Shown one piece after another: positions 30,101 through 39,673 of a DNA stretch of 64,000 bases. How positions within the stretch are numbered: position 1 is the first letter of the stretch; each line of letters opens with the position of its first letter. Position numbers and translations under genes: made by a program. Below the pieces are notes generated by a model. That model did not search any database. It was not told the origin of the DNA and worked only from the letters and a program-made list of their open reading frames with translations. This DNA is from Rebecca billardiae RCC1528 (taxonomy: Eukaryota > Protista > Haptophyta), in the NCBI GenBank assembly GCA_965240325.2, contig OZ251224.1, positions 3,534,001 to 3,598,000 of the forward strand, read 5' to 3'.

Positions 30101-33100
30101 GCTCGGTCGGAGGCGTGTGTGGCAGCTCCTGCGCGCTGCGCGCCCGGCTGGGCACGCGCGCGGGCTGCGGCTGGCCGAGCGTGGCGCGCGGCTGCGCGGC
30201 GCCGTCCGTGTTGCGTGTCGACGTCGGCGCCGCGCGCTGCGAGCTGCCCTGCCAGTGGCCTCCACCGCCGGCTCCGCCGTGCTCCCCCTCGCTGACGACG
30301 TGCAGAGCGCTGTGCTGCGCGGCCGCGGCGCTCACCGGCGCGTCGGCCGAGCCGCCGCGCGCCGCGTCGGCGGCGGTGCCAGCGGAGCTGCGCCCGTCGG
30401 CGCCGCCGTCGGCGCCGCCGTCGGCGCCGCGCTCCTCTTCGCGCTCCTCGCCTCGCGCCACGTACAGTCTCTGCCACACGGCGAGCGCGACCGCCTCCAC
30501 CGAGCTCCGCCGCCGGTCCGGCGCGGAGGCGGCGGCGGCGAGGCCTCCGCGCAGCACGCTCTCGCGCACCGCGCGCCACCGCGCCAGCCCCCGCGAGACC
30601 GAGCCGTCCGCGCCCTGCTCCGCGCCGCTGCCGTGCGCGCCGCTCCACTCGGGCGCAGGGCCGTCGCTCGAGTTGAGAGCGAATGACGACACGCGACGGC
30701 GCAGGCTGCCGCCGCCGCGGAAGCTGCCGCCGGCAGCGCTCGCGGCAGCGGCGGCGCCGCCGCGTGCTCTGAACGAGGCGTCGGCGCCGCGCCCGGCGGC
30801 GGGCGCGTCGGCTGCCGCGCCGCCGCGCGCCTCCGCCTCCGCCTCCGCCTCCGCGGCCGCGGCAGGCCCGGACGACAGCAGTGATTGGAGCAGCAGCCGT
30901 TGCTGGAGTGCGCTCAGCGCCGCGAGGCGCGGGTCGACCGCCTTCGACTGCGCCACGTCGGGGTCGTCGTCGTCGTCGTCCTCCAGCCCGCGCCGCGCGT
31001 GCGCCCGCGCCTCCGTCTCCGCCGCGATCACCTCCACCGTCGACTGGATCATCGCCTCCAGGTTAGCGCGGCGCGCGAGCAGCGCCGACACGCGCTGCTG
31101 CCGCGCCGCAATCCGTCGGAACTCCTCGTCGTCCTCGCCGTCGGTGAAGCTGCGCGGCGCAGCCGATCGGCCCGTCGAGGTGCTCACGGTGGAGACGCCC
31201 CTCGAGACGAGCTGCACCACCGGCGCGCTCGGCTCCGCCGCCGGCACCTCGCGCGGCGGCGGCTCGAGCAGCGGCACGGGCGCCAGCCTCAGTCGCTCAA
31301 GCGCGCCGTCTAGCTCGGCCGCCTCCTGCGGCGGCAGCAGCCCGTCCGACCACTCGACGAGGGTGGCGACGGCGGCGCGGACGCGCGAGCCCGGCGAGGG
31401 CGGCAGCGGCGCGGTGAGCGGGTAGCTCACCGGCGGCGCCGCCGCCGGCGCCGCCGGCGCCGGCGGCGTCCGCGCGCGAGGCGGCTCGTGCACCGGAACG
31501 AACGTCTGCACCGACGCGTCGGCCACGTCGGGCGCGGGCGCCGGCGCGTACACGATCACCGGCTCGGGCGGCGGTTGGGGCGGCGCGTCGCGGGGCGGGC
31601 GCTCCCGGCGCGGCGGCGAGACCTCGCGCTCGTACGCGAGCACGAACGGCGAGTTGTTCGGCACGGCGCTCGGCTCGGGCTGCGCGATCGGCGTGGGAGG
31701 CGGCGTCGTCTGTGTCGCGCGCTCCAGGAAGCGCGCGCGGCCGAGCCGAGCCATCAGCTCGCGCTTCCGCCGCGCCTCCGACTCGTCCTCGAGCTGGTTG
31801 GTGCGGGCCTTGGCGGCCTCGAGCTGCTCCTGCAGCTCGCGGATCCTCGACGCCTGCTTGTGCAGCTGCAGCATCATCGCCGCCGCCTCCTGCTCCGCCG
31901 ACTTGACCGCGGAGTGCGCGCGCTTCTCGAGCTCGGCGACCAGGGCGGCCTCATCCTCATCCGCGCGCTGCGAGCGGAGCGTCATCAGCTCGGCGGCGCG
32001 CGCCATCACGTCGTGCGCCCTGCGCGCGTCGTCCTTCGCGGAGCGCACCTCCGCCTCCGCCCGCGCCGTCGCCTCGCGCGCCTCCGCGAGCTCCGCCGCG
32101 TGCGCCGCGCGCTCCGCCTCGAGCTGAGATCCAATCTCGTCGAGCCGAGATTGCATCTCGGCGAGCGCGCGCTCGCCCTGCACGATCTGCAGGTGCGCTT
32201 CGGCGCCGCCGCCGGAGAGCTCGAAGCGCGCCTCGTCGGCGGAGAGCGTCTGGCTGGCGACGGAGGCGTGCGCCTCGCCGTGCCCCTCCTCCCCCTCGCG
32301 CGCCCCGTGCTGCGCGCCGTGCCGGTTCTGCTGCAGCCGCGCCGCCATGACATTCTGCCGCATGCGCGCGCTCGCACGCGCCTCGCTCAGCTCGGTGCGC
32401 ACGACGGCGAGCTCCTTCGCGTCGGCCTCGCGCGCGAGGGCGGCGTGCTCGAGCACGCGCGCGATGCGGAAGAACTGCGCCGGCGGCTGCGCCGGCTTGC
32501 GCGCCAGCCGCGCGTCCCCCTCCGCGTCCGCCACGCCCTCGGCGATTGCCGCGGCCGCGGCGTCGCCGTTGGCATAGAAGAGCGCCAGCGTGGGCGCGCC
32601 GAGCCGCATCGCGCGCGCGGTGCGGCACGCGTCGGCGTCGAGCGAGCTGAGCGAGTTGCGGATGGCGGAGAGCGACGCCGAGTGCGCGCTCAGCGCCTCC
32701 TCCGTGCGCGACGCGCGCTTCGCCGCCACCTCCGCCAGCTGCGAGCGCACCTGATTCAGCTCGTGCTCTCCCCGAGCGTCCTCCTCAGCAATCAGGCTGA
32801 CCGCACGCGTCTCGTGGAGGATGCGGTCGAGCGCGGCCTGCTCCTCGTCGGTGAGCGGCTTGAGCTCCTCGTCGGACGACGAGCCCTCGCTCGAGAACCC
32901 CTCGTCCGCCGCGGGCGCGCCCTCCGCGTCCGACGTGCGGCGCGGGCGGAAGCGGCGCCGGATGGGAGGAAGCGCGCTCGCCTCGCGCACGCGCGCGGCG
33001 GACTCGGCCTCGAGGCGCTGGCGGCGGCGCTCCCACTCGTGCAGCGCGAAGGTGACGTCGCCGCGCTGCGCGAGCAGCAGCTCGCGCTTGTCCAGGTGCG

Positions 33101-33476
33101 GCAGCTTGTACCGCCAGTGCTCGTGCTCAAACGTGTCCTCCTCCTCGTATTCATACAGCAGCGTGTCGATGCGGCGGCGCCAGCTGGCGACGTCCTGCTG
33201 CAGGGTGCGCAGCGTGTCGGACGCCTCGGACGCCTCCACGATGGCGCTCTGCTCCCGCTTCTCCATCCGCTCGATCTCGCTCCCCGCGAGGACCTCCGGC
33301 GGCGCATCGGCGCCCGGCAGGAGCGCCGGCGGCGGCGGCCGTGGCGAGCGCCTGCCACGGCGTTCGTGCTCTGGCGGGCCCGCGGGTGGCGCGAGGGCCG
33401 CGGTGGGGGGTAGTGGGCCTCGTCTGCCCGCCATCCGCCGCCGAGGCGAGCTCGTGCCCACCGACGAGGCAGGCAT
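27126..33476 (-). CDS. Large (~2100 aa) Ala/Glu/Arg-rich coiled-coil protein of unknown function
   Basis: Long uninterrupted ORF with several heptad-rich segments separated by Pro/Gly-rich linkers. Likely start ATG 33476 (alternative 33434). Confidence 0.8.
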   Translation of the reverse strand: MPASSVGTSSPRRRMAGRRGPLPPTAALAPPAGPPEHERRGRRSPRPPPPALLPGADAPPEVLAGSEIERMEKREQSAIVEASEASDTLRTLQQDVASWRRRIDTLLYEYEEEDTFEHEHWRYKLPHLDKRELLLAQRGDVTFALHEWERRRQRLEAESAARVREASALPPIRRRFRPRRTSDAEGAPAADEGFSSEGSSSDEELKPLTDEEQAALDRILHETRAVSLIAEEDARGEHELNQVRSQLAEVAAKRASRTEEALSAHSASLSAIRNSLSSLDADACRTARAMRLGAPTLALFYANGDAAAAAIAEGVADAEGDARLARKPAQPPAQFFRIARVLEHAALAREADAKELAVVRTELSEARASARMRQNVMAARLQQNRHGAQHGAREGEEGHGEAHASVASQTLSADEARFELSGGGAEAHLQIVQGERALAEMQSRLDEIGSQLEAERAAHAAELAEAREATARAEAEVRSAKDDARRAHDVMARAAELMTLRSQRADEDEAALVAELEKRAHSAVKSAEQEAAAMMLQLHKQASRIRELQEQLEAAKARTNQLEDESEARRKRELMARLGRARFLERATQTTPPPTPIAQPEPSAVPNNSPFVLAYEREVSPPRRERPPRDAPPQPPPEPVIVYAPAPAPDVADASVQTFVPVHEPPRARTPPAPAAPAAAPPVSYPLTAPLPPSPGSRVRAAVATLVEWSDGLLPPQEAAELDGALERLRLAPVPLLEPPPREVPAAEPSAPVVQLVSRGVSTVSTSTGRSAAPRSFTDGEDDEEFRRIAARQQRVSALLARRANLEAMIQSTVEVIAAETEARAHARRGLEDDDDDDPDVAQSKAVDPRLAALSALQQRLLLQSLLSSGPAAAAEAEAEAEARGGAAADAPAAGRGADASFRARGGAAAAASAAGGSFRGGGSLRRRVSSFALNSSDGPAPEWSGAHGSGAEQGADGSVSRGLARWRAVRESVLRGGLAAAASAPDRRRSSVEAVALAVWQRLYVARGEEREEERGADGGADGGADGRSSAGTAADAARGGSADAPVSAAAAQHSALHVVSEGEHGGAGGGGHWQGSSQRAAPTSTRNTDGAAQPRATLGQPQPARVPSRARSAQELPHTPPTEPARPSSAAFQRTISLLAATAANAPPEPAVGDNGDGAPPPRLAAGAPAEAAVPAGGASVGADAGAAGAEAPRGGALRRHISQASRDLLEIAQRDELAVDPLRRREAARGALSADPSVLASLLDELARLNAELQTASSEAAAEAEAEAEGGSAEQRARGGAGGVPGLSAHAGRALSLAARAKVARSAAARMQLQLEQVTLELGTAQAQAASLETMLEAQASQFAEEREMWRRKMLRRNAAEAAVAETAALIHAVRVHEEGEDGASAASEGAPEADGHGTDTEGGGSSHHGVSRRSSTRMSASKLAPMTASSALTTIGQRLAASEGALAAERDRTQRALTRLTTAETEAAKAATTAASAVRARRELQAQLSSAREALAAAEATVERQNTELGALRPAAAELESARSALAAEAARRASHVQSAAQTEPDGTELALRQAVARARAERDALEVREARLLAEAERNVDGAPLDGAPDLRAAVSLFLARTKPILPTLPRGDDPRMAALLRPPQHPSKAHRTAWETARLQHAAAAAAQPAAGGGAGAARAALVSGTAIVAARPTPPPAAPAAGGGASAAELAHAEAEAAAVTSLTLELLGRLERALLSYRRFELAERVGLRAVADAIEDDVVPVLPAEAVAEAVARASGGSAGQPGAEGIPEIPAHAEVVRLAAAEIGKLGTALLHAERRLATLQLSARHALKRQKDLQDAAAAARAAHADEVRRVLRQIRRQGEPSAAAAAGGADAAAEPFLERQGQQLALALARWEARQAELLSSGQAVWDAQLHALSAVRAAREARAERQQAKHAGGARREDGAAAGRAKFAFQQQLYPVRRALPSEVELPPAVVLGQRSALATHPPPPPPHARTGLPPDSLPLMASLRPPSADAPEPTPTPPLHGAVATELGADGTPAAALGPVHARPSLPPPQPRQGALASGAGVGAALDRLESTRRVRVTGAMSSDPSAVISAGAGRGGGSQQLLEQHLEALSVGRGGPGIKRR

Positions 33477-33835
33477 CGCGCGCGGCGATGCCAGCCACCC
33501 CGGGGATGGGGCGATGGCGGTGCAGTCGAAACGTTCGTCGCGCTGTACGTGGTCGGGAACCGCTGAAGCCGTGAAGCTGAAGCGTGCGCGCGGGTCCCAA
33601 ATCGCCTCATGATTGTGGTGAGCAGTCGTGCTCGAGCAACCCCCGACGACCACCCTTGCCCCGACGACGGCGAGGGCGGGCTGGAGTCGAGCGTGGCGGA
33701 CCAAGCCCACGTGGGGTCACACAGAACTTCCTCAGCCCGCACGTCGCGCCCGCGCTGTGGCCCGAGCTGCGCGCGTAGTTCGCGCCCTTCGCACGCGTGC
33801 TTACGGCACAGTACAGTAGGCCACATCCGTGTCGG

Positions 33836-34804
33836 ATGATGGCCACACGCGGTGCGGTGCTGTTGTTGTTCGCGCCGGCGAGTGCGCTGCCCGACAAAGT
33901 GTTCTTCCTTGGGGCTGGCTCAACTGGCTCACGCGCGCTCAACAGTTTTATGAACAGCCCCAGGATGGGCTACCGCTCAGCTCATCTACAGTGCGTGAAC
34001 GACACCGAGAGGAATCGCCCGGACTTGACCGATCTCGAATGGAGAAGCTGGGCACGCTGGGCACGTGCCTCAACACAGCACAACTCCGACTCAGCCTGCT
34101 GGTCCCAGTTCGACGCCTTCACAGACCAAGGCGAGCAGGCCGACTTTGAGTGGCTCGACGCGCACTTTGCGGGTGCGCGCTTCGTGCTCAACACGCGGCC
34201 GCTGCTGCCCTTCCTCGTCAGCCGGCTTGACCACTACAGGAAGGACGGCTATCGCAGGCGTTACATCCGCGGCGTATGCGCGCGGAAGAAGGACGAGGCG
34301 CGCTGCGCACGGCTCAGGCGCGGCGAGGAGGCCCTCGAGTGGCAAGAGCTGCCCCTCCCTCCGGACACGACCGAGCGGATCGTGCAGCTCATCTTGACAA
34401 ATGCGGCGCACCAGCAGCGGGTCCTGCGCCACTTCAGCGCGAGCTGGGAGCGCATGCAGCGCTTCGTCGTCGTGTCCGTGCAGACCATGGAGCCGTGCGA
34501 GGTGGGCGAGCTGCTCAGGTGGGTGACGCGGCCCGACTGGCGGGGCACCCGCACGACGCGCGAGCTCGTGGACGACCCAGCCAAGCTGCCAGCACCCGCC
34601 CCGCCGCTCAACTCGAGTCATCGACTGTGTTTCCCAACACCGAAGAACCCGCGCCGCGGGGACGAGCGGCATCCCTCGTCCTCGCTGGACGCCGTGAGCT
34701 CCGTCGTGAAGGACACGCTCGGGTGTCGAGCAGTCGCTCAGCTCATGTACAGGCGCTGCGCACGGCGCGCGCGGCAGTACGCAGCATCGAGGAAATCATT
34801 ATAA
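33836..34804 (+). CDS. Sulfotransferase-family (P-loop) protein with N-terminal signal peptide
   Basis: KVFFLGAGSTGSRAL (5'-PSB-like), FDAFTD, ARFVLNTR..FLVSR (3'-PB-like); hydrophobic N-terminus. Confidence 0.8.
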   Translation: MMATRGAVLLLFAPASALPDKVFFLGAGSTGSRALNSFMNSPRMGYRSAHLQCVNDTERNRPDLTDLEWRSWARWARASTQHNSDSACWSQFDAFTDQGEQADFEWLDAHFAGARFVLNTRPLLPFLVSRLDHYRKDGYRRRYIRGVCARKKDEARCARLRRGEEALEWQELPLPPDTTERIVQLILTNAAHQQRVLRHFSASWERMQRFVVVSVQTMEPCEVGELLRWVTRPDWRGTRTTRELVDDPAKLPAPAPPLNSSHRLCFPTPKNPRRGDERHPSSSLDAVSSVVKDTLGCRAVAQLMYRRCARRARQYAASRKSL

Positions 34805-35721
34805 TGCGATATTCATATAGGCACTGGCACCCTCTTTCTCCAGCCGGCCGCCGGCTGCATCGCCTCGGGGGGCGATGCAGCAGGTGGACGCCGCTGCACC
34901 CATCTGGCCCTTGGCGCTGGCCGCCTGGCCTCCTCCGTGCCCTTCGCTCCACCCTAGGTGGGGCAGGGGGTGCGGGGTGTGACGCGCCCAGGGGCCAGGT
35001 TCCCCAGCATCAAGCACTGCTTCTGCAGCAGCCCGCCGGCGGGCCGGGCTGCGACATCGACTACCACCTCATCTGCTTCATCGCCCAGAGCGCGCTAGGC
35101 GGCGCGCTCACTCTCCAAGCCCCTCTTCTGCAGCTGCGCGCCGCTTGGCCCGCATTGGCCGGCGCGCGGCGACGCGTACTACGACCTCATCCTCATCCAG
35201 GCGCCCACGCGGGCGCACGGGGGCGACAGCCGCGGCTGCCGCTTGCCGGAGCTGCTCGCCGCTAGGTCGGCGGGCGGCGACATCGACTACGACCTCACCC
35301 TCATCCAAGTGCTCCGGAAGGCGCTCGGCCGCGGCGGCATCTGCCGTCGCCGCCGCGTGCCCCAGGCCGAGGTGGTGCTCCATCCCGGCCCCGCTCCTGT
35401 AGGGGGGCAGGGCTGCGGGTGGCGCACTGTCTGACCTGGACGGAAGGCGCGGACGCATTCTATGTGTCTGTTGCACTCTGAGCCTGACGCTTGTCCGATG
35501 CTGCCACGTCGTTAAATATATAGCTATATATATAGTTTTAGTTTGACAGCATCATTATAATTAGGCGACGAATACTATTCTGACCGGACGAATTATTACT
35601 ACGACAGCTCAGTATCATATAGACTAGAGAGAGACGACGGATAAGAGACGGAGAGACTCACTTATAAGAGAGCTAGGTGAGTAGGTCCTTCCGGTAGTAA
35701 CTTAACTCTTTTGTTGGTAAG

Positions 35722-35724
<3 letters not shown>

Positions 35725-35763
<39 letters not shown>
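35725..35763. repeat. (AT)n microsatellite
   Basis: Perfect dinucleotide run. Confidence 0.95.
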
Positions 35764-35765
<2 letters not shown>

Positions 35766-35878
35766 AGTTTCAGTAAGTACATTAGGACCTACTGATGAGT
35801 GGCATTCAATCTAAATCCCCCGAGTCAGCACTCAGCCGTAGCTCTAAGTCTAAGCTCGGGCCGCATTGTATACTGCTG

Positions 35879-35906
35879 CGCACGTTAAAACATATAGTAA
35901 ACTGTA
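35879..35906 (+). mobile_element. SINE tail remnant
   Basis: cgcacgttaaaacatatagtaaactgta resembles the SINE 3' end cgcacgttaaaacaaataaactgta. Confidence 0.45.
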
Positions 35907-36516
35907 ATTAACTTTCAGACGGATGACTCTAGAACTAGTAGAAGCTAGCGGCTAGCTCCGTGAATCAGAGATTACGGCCTGCTGTGTACACGGCTCGTCA
36001 CTGAGGCTCAGCCCGTGTCAGCAGGTCCGTAACTGGCTCGGGCGTTATTGAGATTATTTCAGAGCAGATGACTTATTATACTTGACCAGTTCCAGTTAAC
36101 CGTAGGCGTAGACCGCCTCTTAGGCAGTGACGGCATTGTCTCACGGTCGGATCACGGATGTCTTTGTCAACACGGTCCGTGCTCCGAGACTAGTCGGAGT
36201 CGGGAGTGCGCAGAACCCGGGAACGCGCGGCAGAAGGCTTCGGACTTAGTGACTCTACTCTAGATAACTCAAGTGACAAGTCCGAAGACAGATATTAGTC
36301 GCCAAGACTAAGAGTGCCACGGCTGACGGCGCGCGCGCTAGGCCGGGCATAGATCGCAATGTACTGCGTCGTCGGAATGACTACACTATATGCTATTCAC
36401 TGACGCCAAGGCCGAACGAAGGCGACGGCAGAGCCAGTCAGTTGCCAGGTAGCTCAGCTAGGTACTGGCGTGGAGGCGGGAGCGGGGACTCGGGGCGTTC
36501 GTGTGAATTGTCGTGA

Positions 36517-37044
36517 TCACACGACAATATCGATCCGAGGGGCTGCGCCACGAGGGCAGACGGCCGACTTGAAGGCGTGCGCGCTGCTGTCCTCGCACAG
36601 GTGGACCGTACACGCGCTTGGGCTCATGCCCTTGCACTCCTCCGGCATGTGCTCTTGCTGGAAGACGACGGCCAGCGCCCATTTGCTCTCCTCGCACACC
36701 AGCTTAAACAGGTTCGAGCTCGAGAGCGCGCACGGGTTGGACCGACAGTCCAGGGGCAGTTCCCTGGTCTGGCAGATCGTGTGCTTCGAGATCATCAGCG
36801 GATCGAATGCAAAGGATTTCTCCGCCAGCTTGGGCATGCCATCCCGTGCGCCGGTGTGGCTTCTGGCCCGCCGCTCGCGCTTTGCCGCGCTGCGCTCCCC
36901 ATGTGCGAGTGATGCATCGGGGCTCGACGCAGACAGCACGAGCGCGAGGACGCACAGGAGCGAGCCGGCAATGACCAGACCACCGACCAGCCGGCGCTGC
37001 CGACTCGGATGGTCGCCGCCGTCGGGTTCACGCTCGGTGACCAT
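36517..37044 (-). CDS. Small membrane-anchored Cys-rich protein (175 aa)
   Basis: ATG 37044; TM LVGGLVIAGSLLCVLALVLS; eight Cys in two similar C-x4/6-C..FK..VC halves. Confidence 0.6.
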   Translation of the reverse strand: MVTEREPDGGDHPSRQRRLVGGLVIAGSLLCVLALVLSASSPDASLAHGERSAAKRERRARSHTGARDGMPKLAEKSFAFDPLMISKHTICQTRELPLDCRSNPCALSSSNLFKLVCEESKWALAVVFQQEHMPEECKGMSPSACTVHLCEDSSAHAFKSAVCPRGAAPRIDIVV

Positions 37045-37399
37045 CCCTCCGCGTCACCGTCAGGAGAAAGTGGTCGCCGCGGCACCGGCGTGTCGACCCG
37101 GCCGGGCGGCCGCTCATCAAATCCCGCTGGCGCTAAAATCCCAGCCAAGGACTATGGGATGATGGTACCCATGTTGTAGTATCCCTGCTACCATCGATCA
37201 TAGTAGAACTTGTACAGAATTACCCGCAACATACGATTTGGTGCGCTCATGGAGCGGGCTGAGCAGCTGAGAACCTCGACTGTATCGCATGTACGACTGT
37301 AACGCTCACCACGCGATGGCAACGGTACAGTAGCAGTCGAGTTCTCTCCCAGACGAGTCCATCCGCTTCCTAAGCATCCACATCAGCTCAGTGACATCA

Positions 37400-38591
37400 T
37401 CAGAGCGTGTAGAAGCCGAGCGGCTTGCCGTGCTCGCCGAGCAGCATCACGGTCGAGGGCGACGTCCACTCGAGCCGGATGGGCGTCGTCGCGCGCGCGG
37501 CGGCGGCGGCCTCGGGCGCATTCGGCCGCGCCGGCGCCGCGCCGTCGCCCTCCGCAACGGCGCCCGGCTTGGCGCCGCCGTCGGTTGGCAGCGTCACCTT
37601 GAGCACCTTCTGGCAGTGCCCGTGCAGCCCGAAATAGCCGAGCAGCGAGGACGAGCCCGCCTGCCACCAGCGGAGCGTCGAGTCTGCGGCGGAGAAGGAG
37701 GCGACGAGGTCGCCGCCCGCCGCGAAGGCGACGGCGGAGACGGCGCCGTCGTGGCCCTGCAGGATGCGCCACTTGGTCGCCGTGCGCAGGTCGTAGATGA
37801 TGATCACGCCGGCGGTCGTGCCGATCGCCAGCCGCTGCGTCGTCTGGTGGAAGGCCGCCATCGAGTAGCGCTTCACGAGCTCGCGCAGCGCGAGCGTGGA
37901 CGCCTGCGTGCGCGCGGGCGCGGGCGCGCGGGCGCGGGCGCGCGGGCGCGGGCGCGTGGGGGCGGGCGCGTGGGGGCGGGGGCGCGAGAAGGGCGGTGCC
38001 GGGCGGTGATCCTCGTGCCGCGTGGCGCGCGCGCTGGGCCTCATCGCCCGGCCGCCGTCCCCTCTCCACGCGGCGGCGGCGCGGCGCGCGCCGCGCCGCG
38101 CCGCGCTCACCTGCAGACAGCCCTCACGCAACGACGGCACGGACGGGTCTAGGGGTCGCAGGATGGCTTCCACGATGGCGGGCAGCTCGCGCTCGAGGGT
38201 GCACTTGGCGCGCACGAGCGAGACGAGCGAGACGATCGCGGCGGACCTGCGCGCGCGCCAGAGCCGTGCGCGCGTGGCAGGGGAGCGTCGCGGCGCCGGT
38301 GGCGCGCGCGCGCGCACGCGCGCTCAGCTGAGGCGTGCGCGCCGTGCGCGCGGCGCGCGCGGGCGGCTCGGGCATGGCGGCGCGCACGCGCGCGCGGCCA
38401 GCCGGTCGGCGCGCGGCGCGCGGCGCGGCGCGGCGGCGTGCCTGCGCGCAGAGTCGATGTCGATCTGCACCGCGATGTCGCCCATCAGCTGCGCGAACAG
38501 CGCCGGCTGCGCCCCGCCGATACTGATCAGGGCGCCCAGGTAGGGGTTGCCTCCGAGCGAAAGCCGATCAAGCGCACCGCCGCCGTGCCGC

Positions 38592-38630
<39 letters not shown>

Positions 38631-39603
38631 CGCGCGTGGATGGAGTGCTGCAGGCCCGCCGTCGCCGCCATCAGCGCGAAGAGATGCTTGATCAGCCGCG
38701 GCACCGCCGCGCTCACGATCGGCGCCCACAGCTGGAAGCCCAGCCCGAGCATCTCCCCTGCGAGGCGGCGGTGCGTGTCGTGTGGCGCGTGCAGAAGCCG
38801 CGTCCACACCTCCGCGAGCGTGCGCGTCACGGCCTCGTCGAGCGGCTGGTCGAACTTGCACGCGAGGAGGGTGACGACGAGGACGGCGATGCCCGCGGGC
38901 GAGTGGATCTCGAACGCGGGCTGCTGCTGCGCCTGCGCCTGCGCCTGCGCCTGCGCCGCGAGGCCGGACTTGGCGCCGGAGGCGCCGCCGTCCGCGCCGC
39001 CGGCGCTTGCGGCGAGCAGGGGCGCTGCGCGCAGCACGCGCGGCGACCACGCCTGCAGCAGCTGCGCGCGCGTGCTCGCGGGCATGCGGCGCAGCGTGCC
39101 CTCCATCAGCACGCGCGCCGCCTGCTGCACCGTCTCCACCGGGTCGACGTACGTGCGCGCCAGCAGCGTGAGCGACGGCGGGCAATACCCGGGAAGGGAC
39201 TCGGGCAGACGCACGGTGTAGTGCGCGGCGAGCAGCGCGGCAAAGTTCCGCACGCGCTCCGAGCCGGGGTGGGCCATGAGCGTGTTGCACAGCGTGACGG
39301 CGGCGAGCGAGTGCAGCGCCGTCATGTGCGAGGAGCACCGCCACCGGCTCGCCGCGCGCGACGCGGCGGGCACGAGCAGCGACAGCAGACCGCCATAGCC
39401 GCGCACGCCATAGCTCACCTCGGGCCGAGGCTGCGGCAGCTCGAGGTCCAGGCGGCAGTGGCGATCAAAGTCGGCGTCCACGCCCCACGGGAGGAGGTAC
39501 GAGAGGGCGAGGCGGCACATGGACACCTCGACGCTCTGCTGCTGGCTGCCGTGGTGGTGGTGGTGGTGGTGGTGGTGATGGTGCCCGCCGCCGTGCCCAG
39601 GGC

Positions 39604-39673
<70 letters not shown>

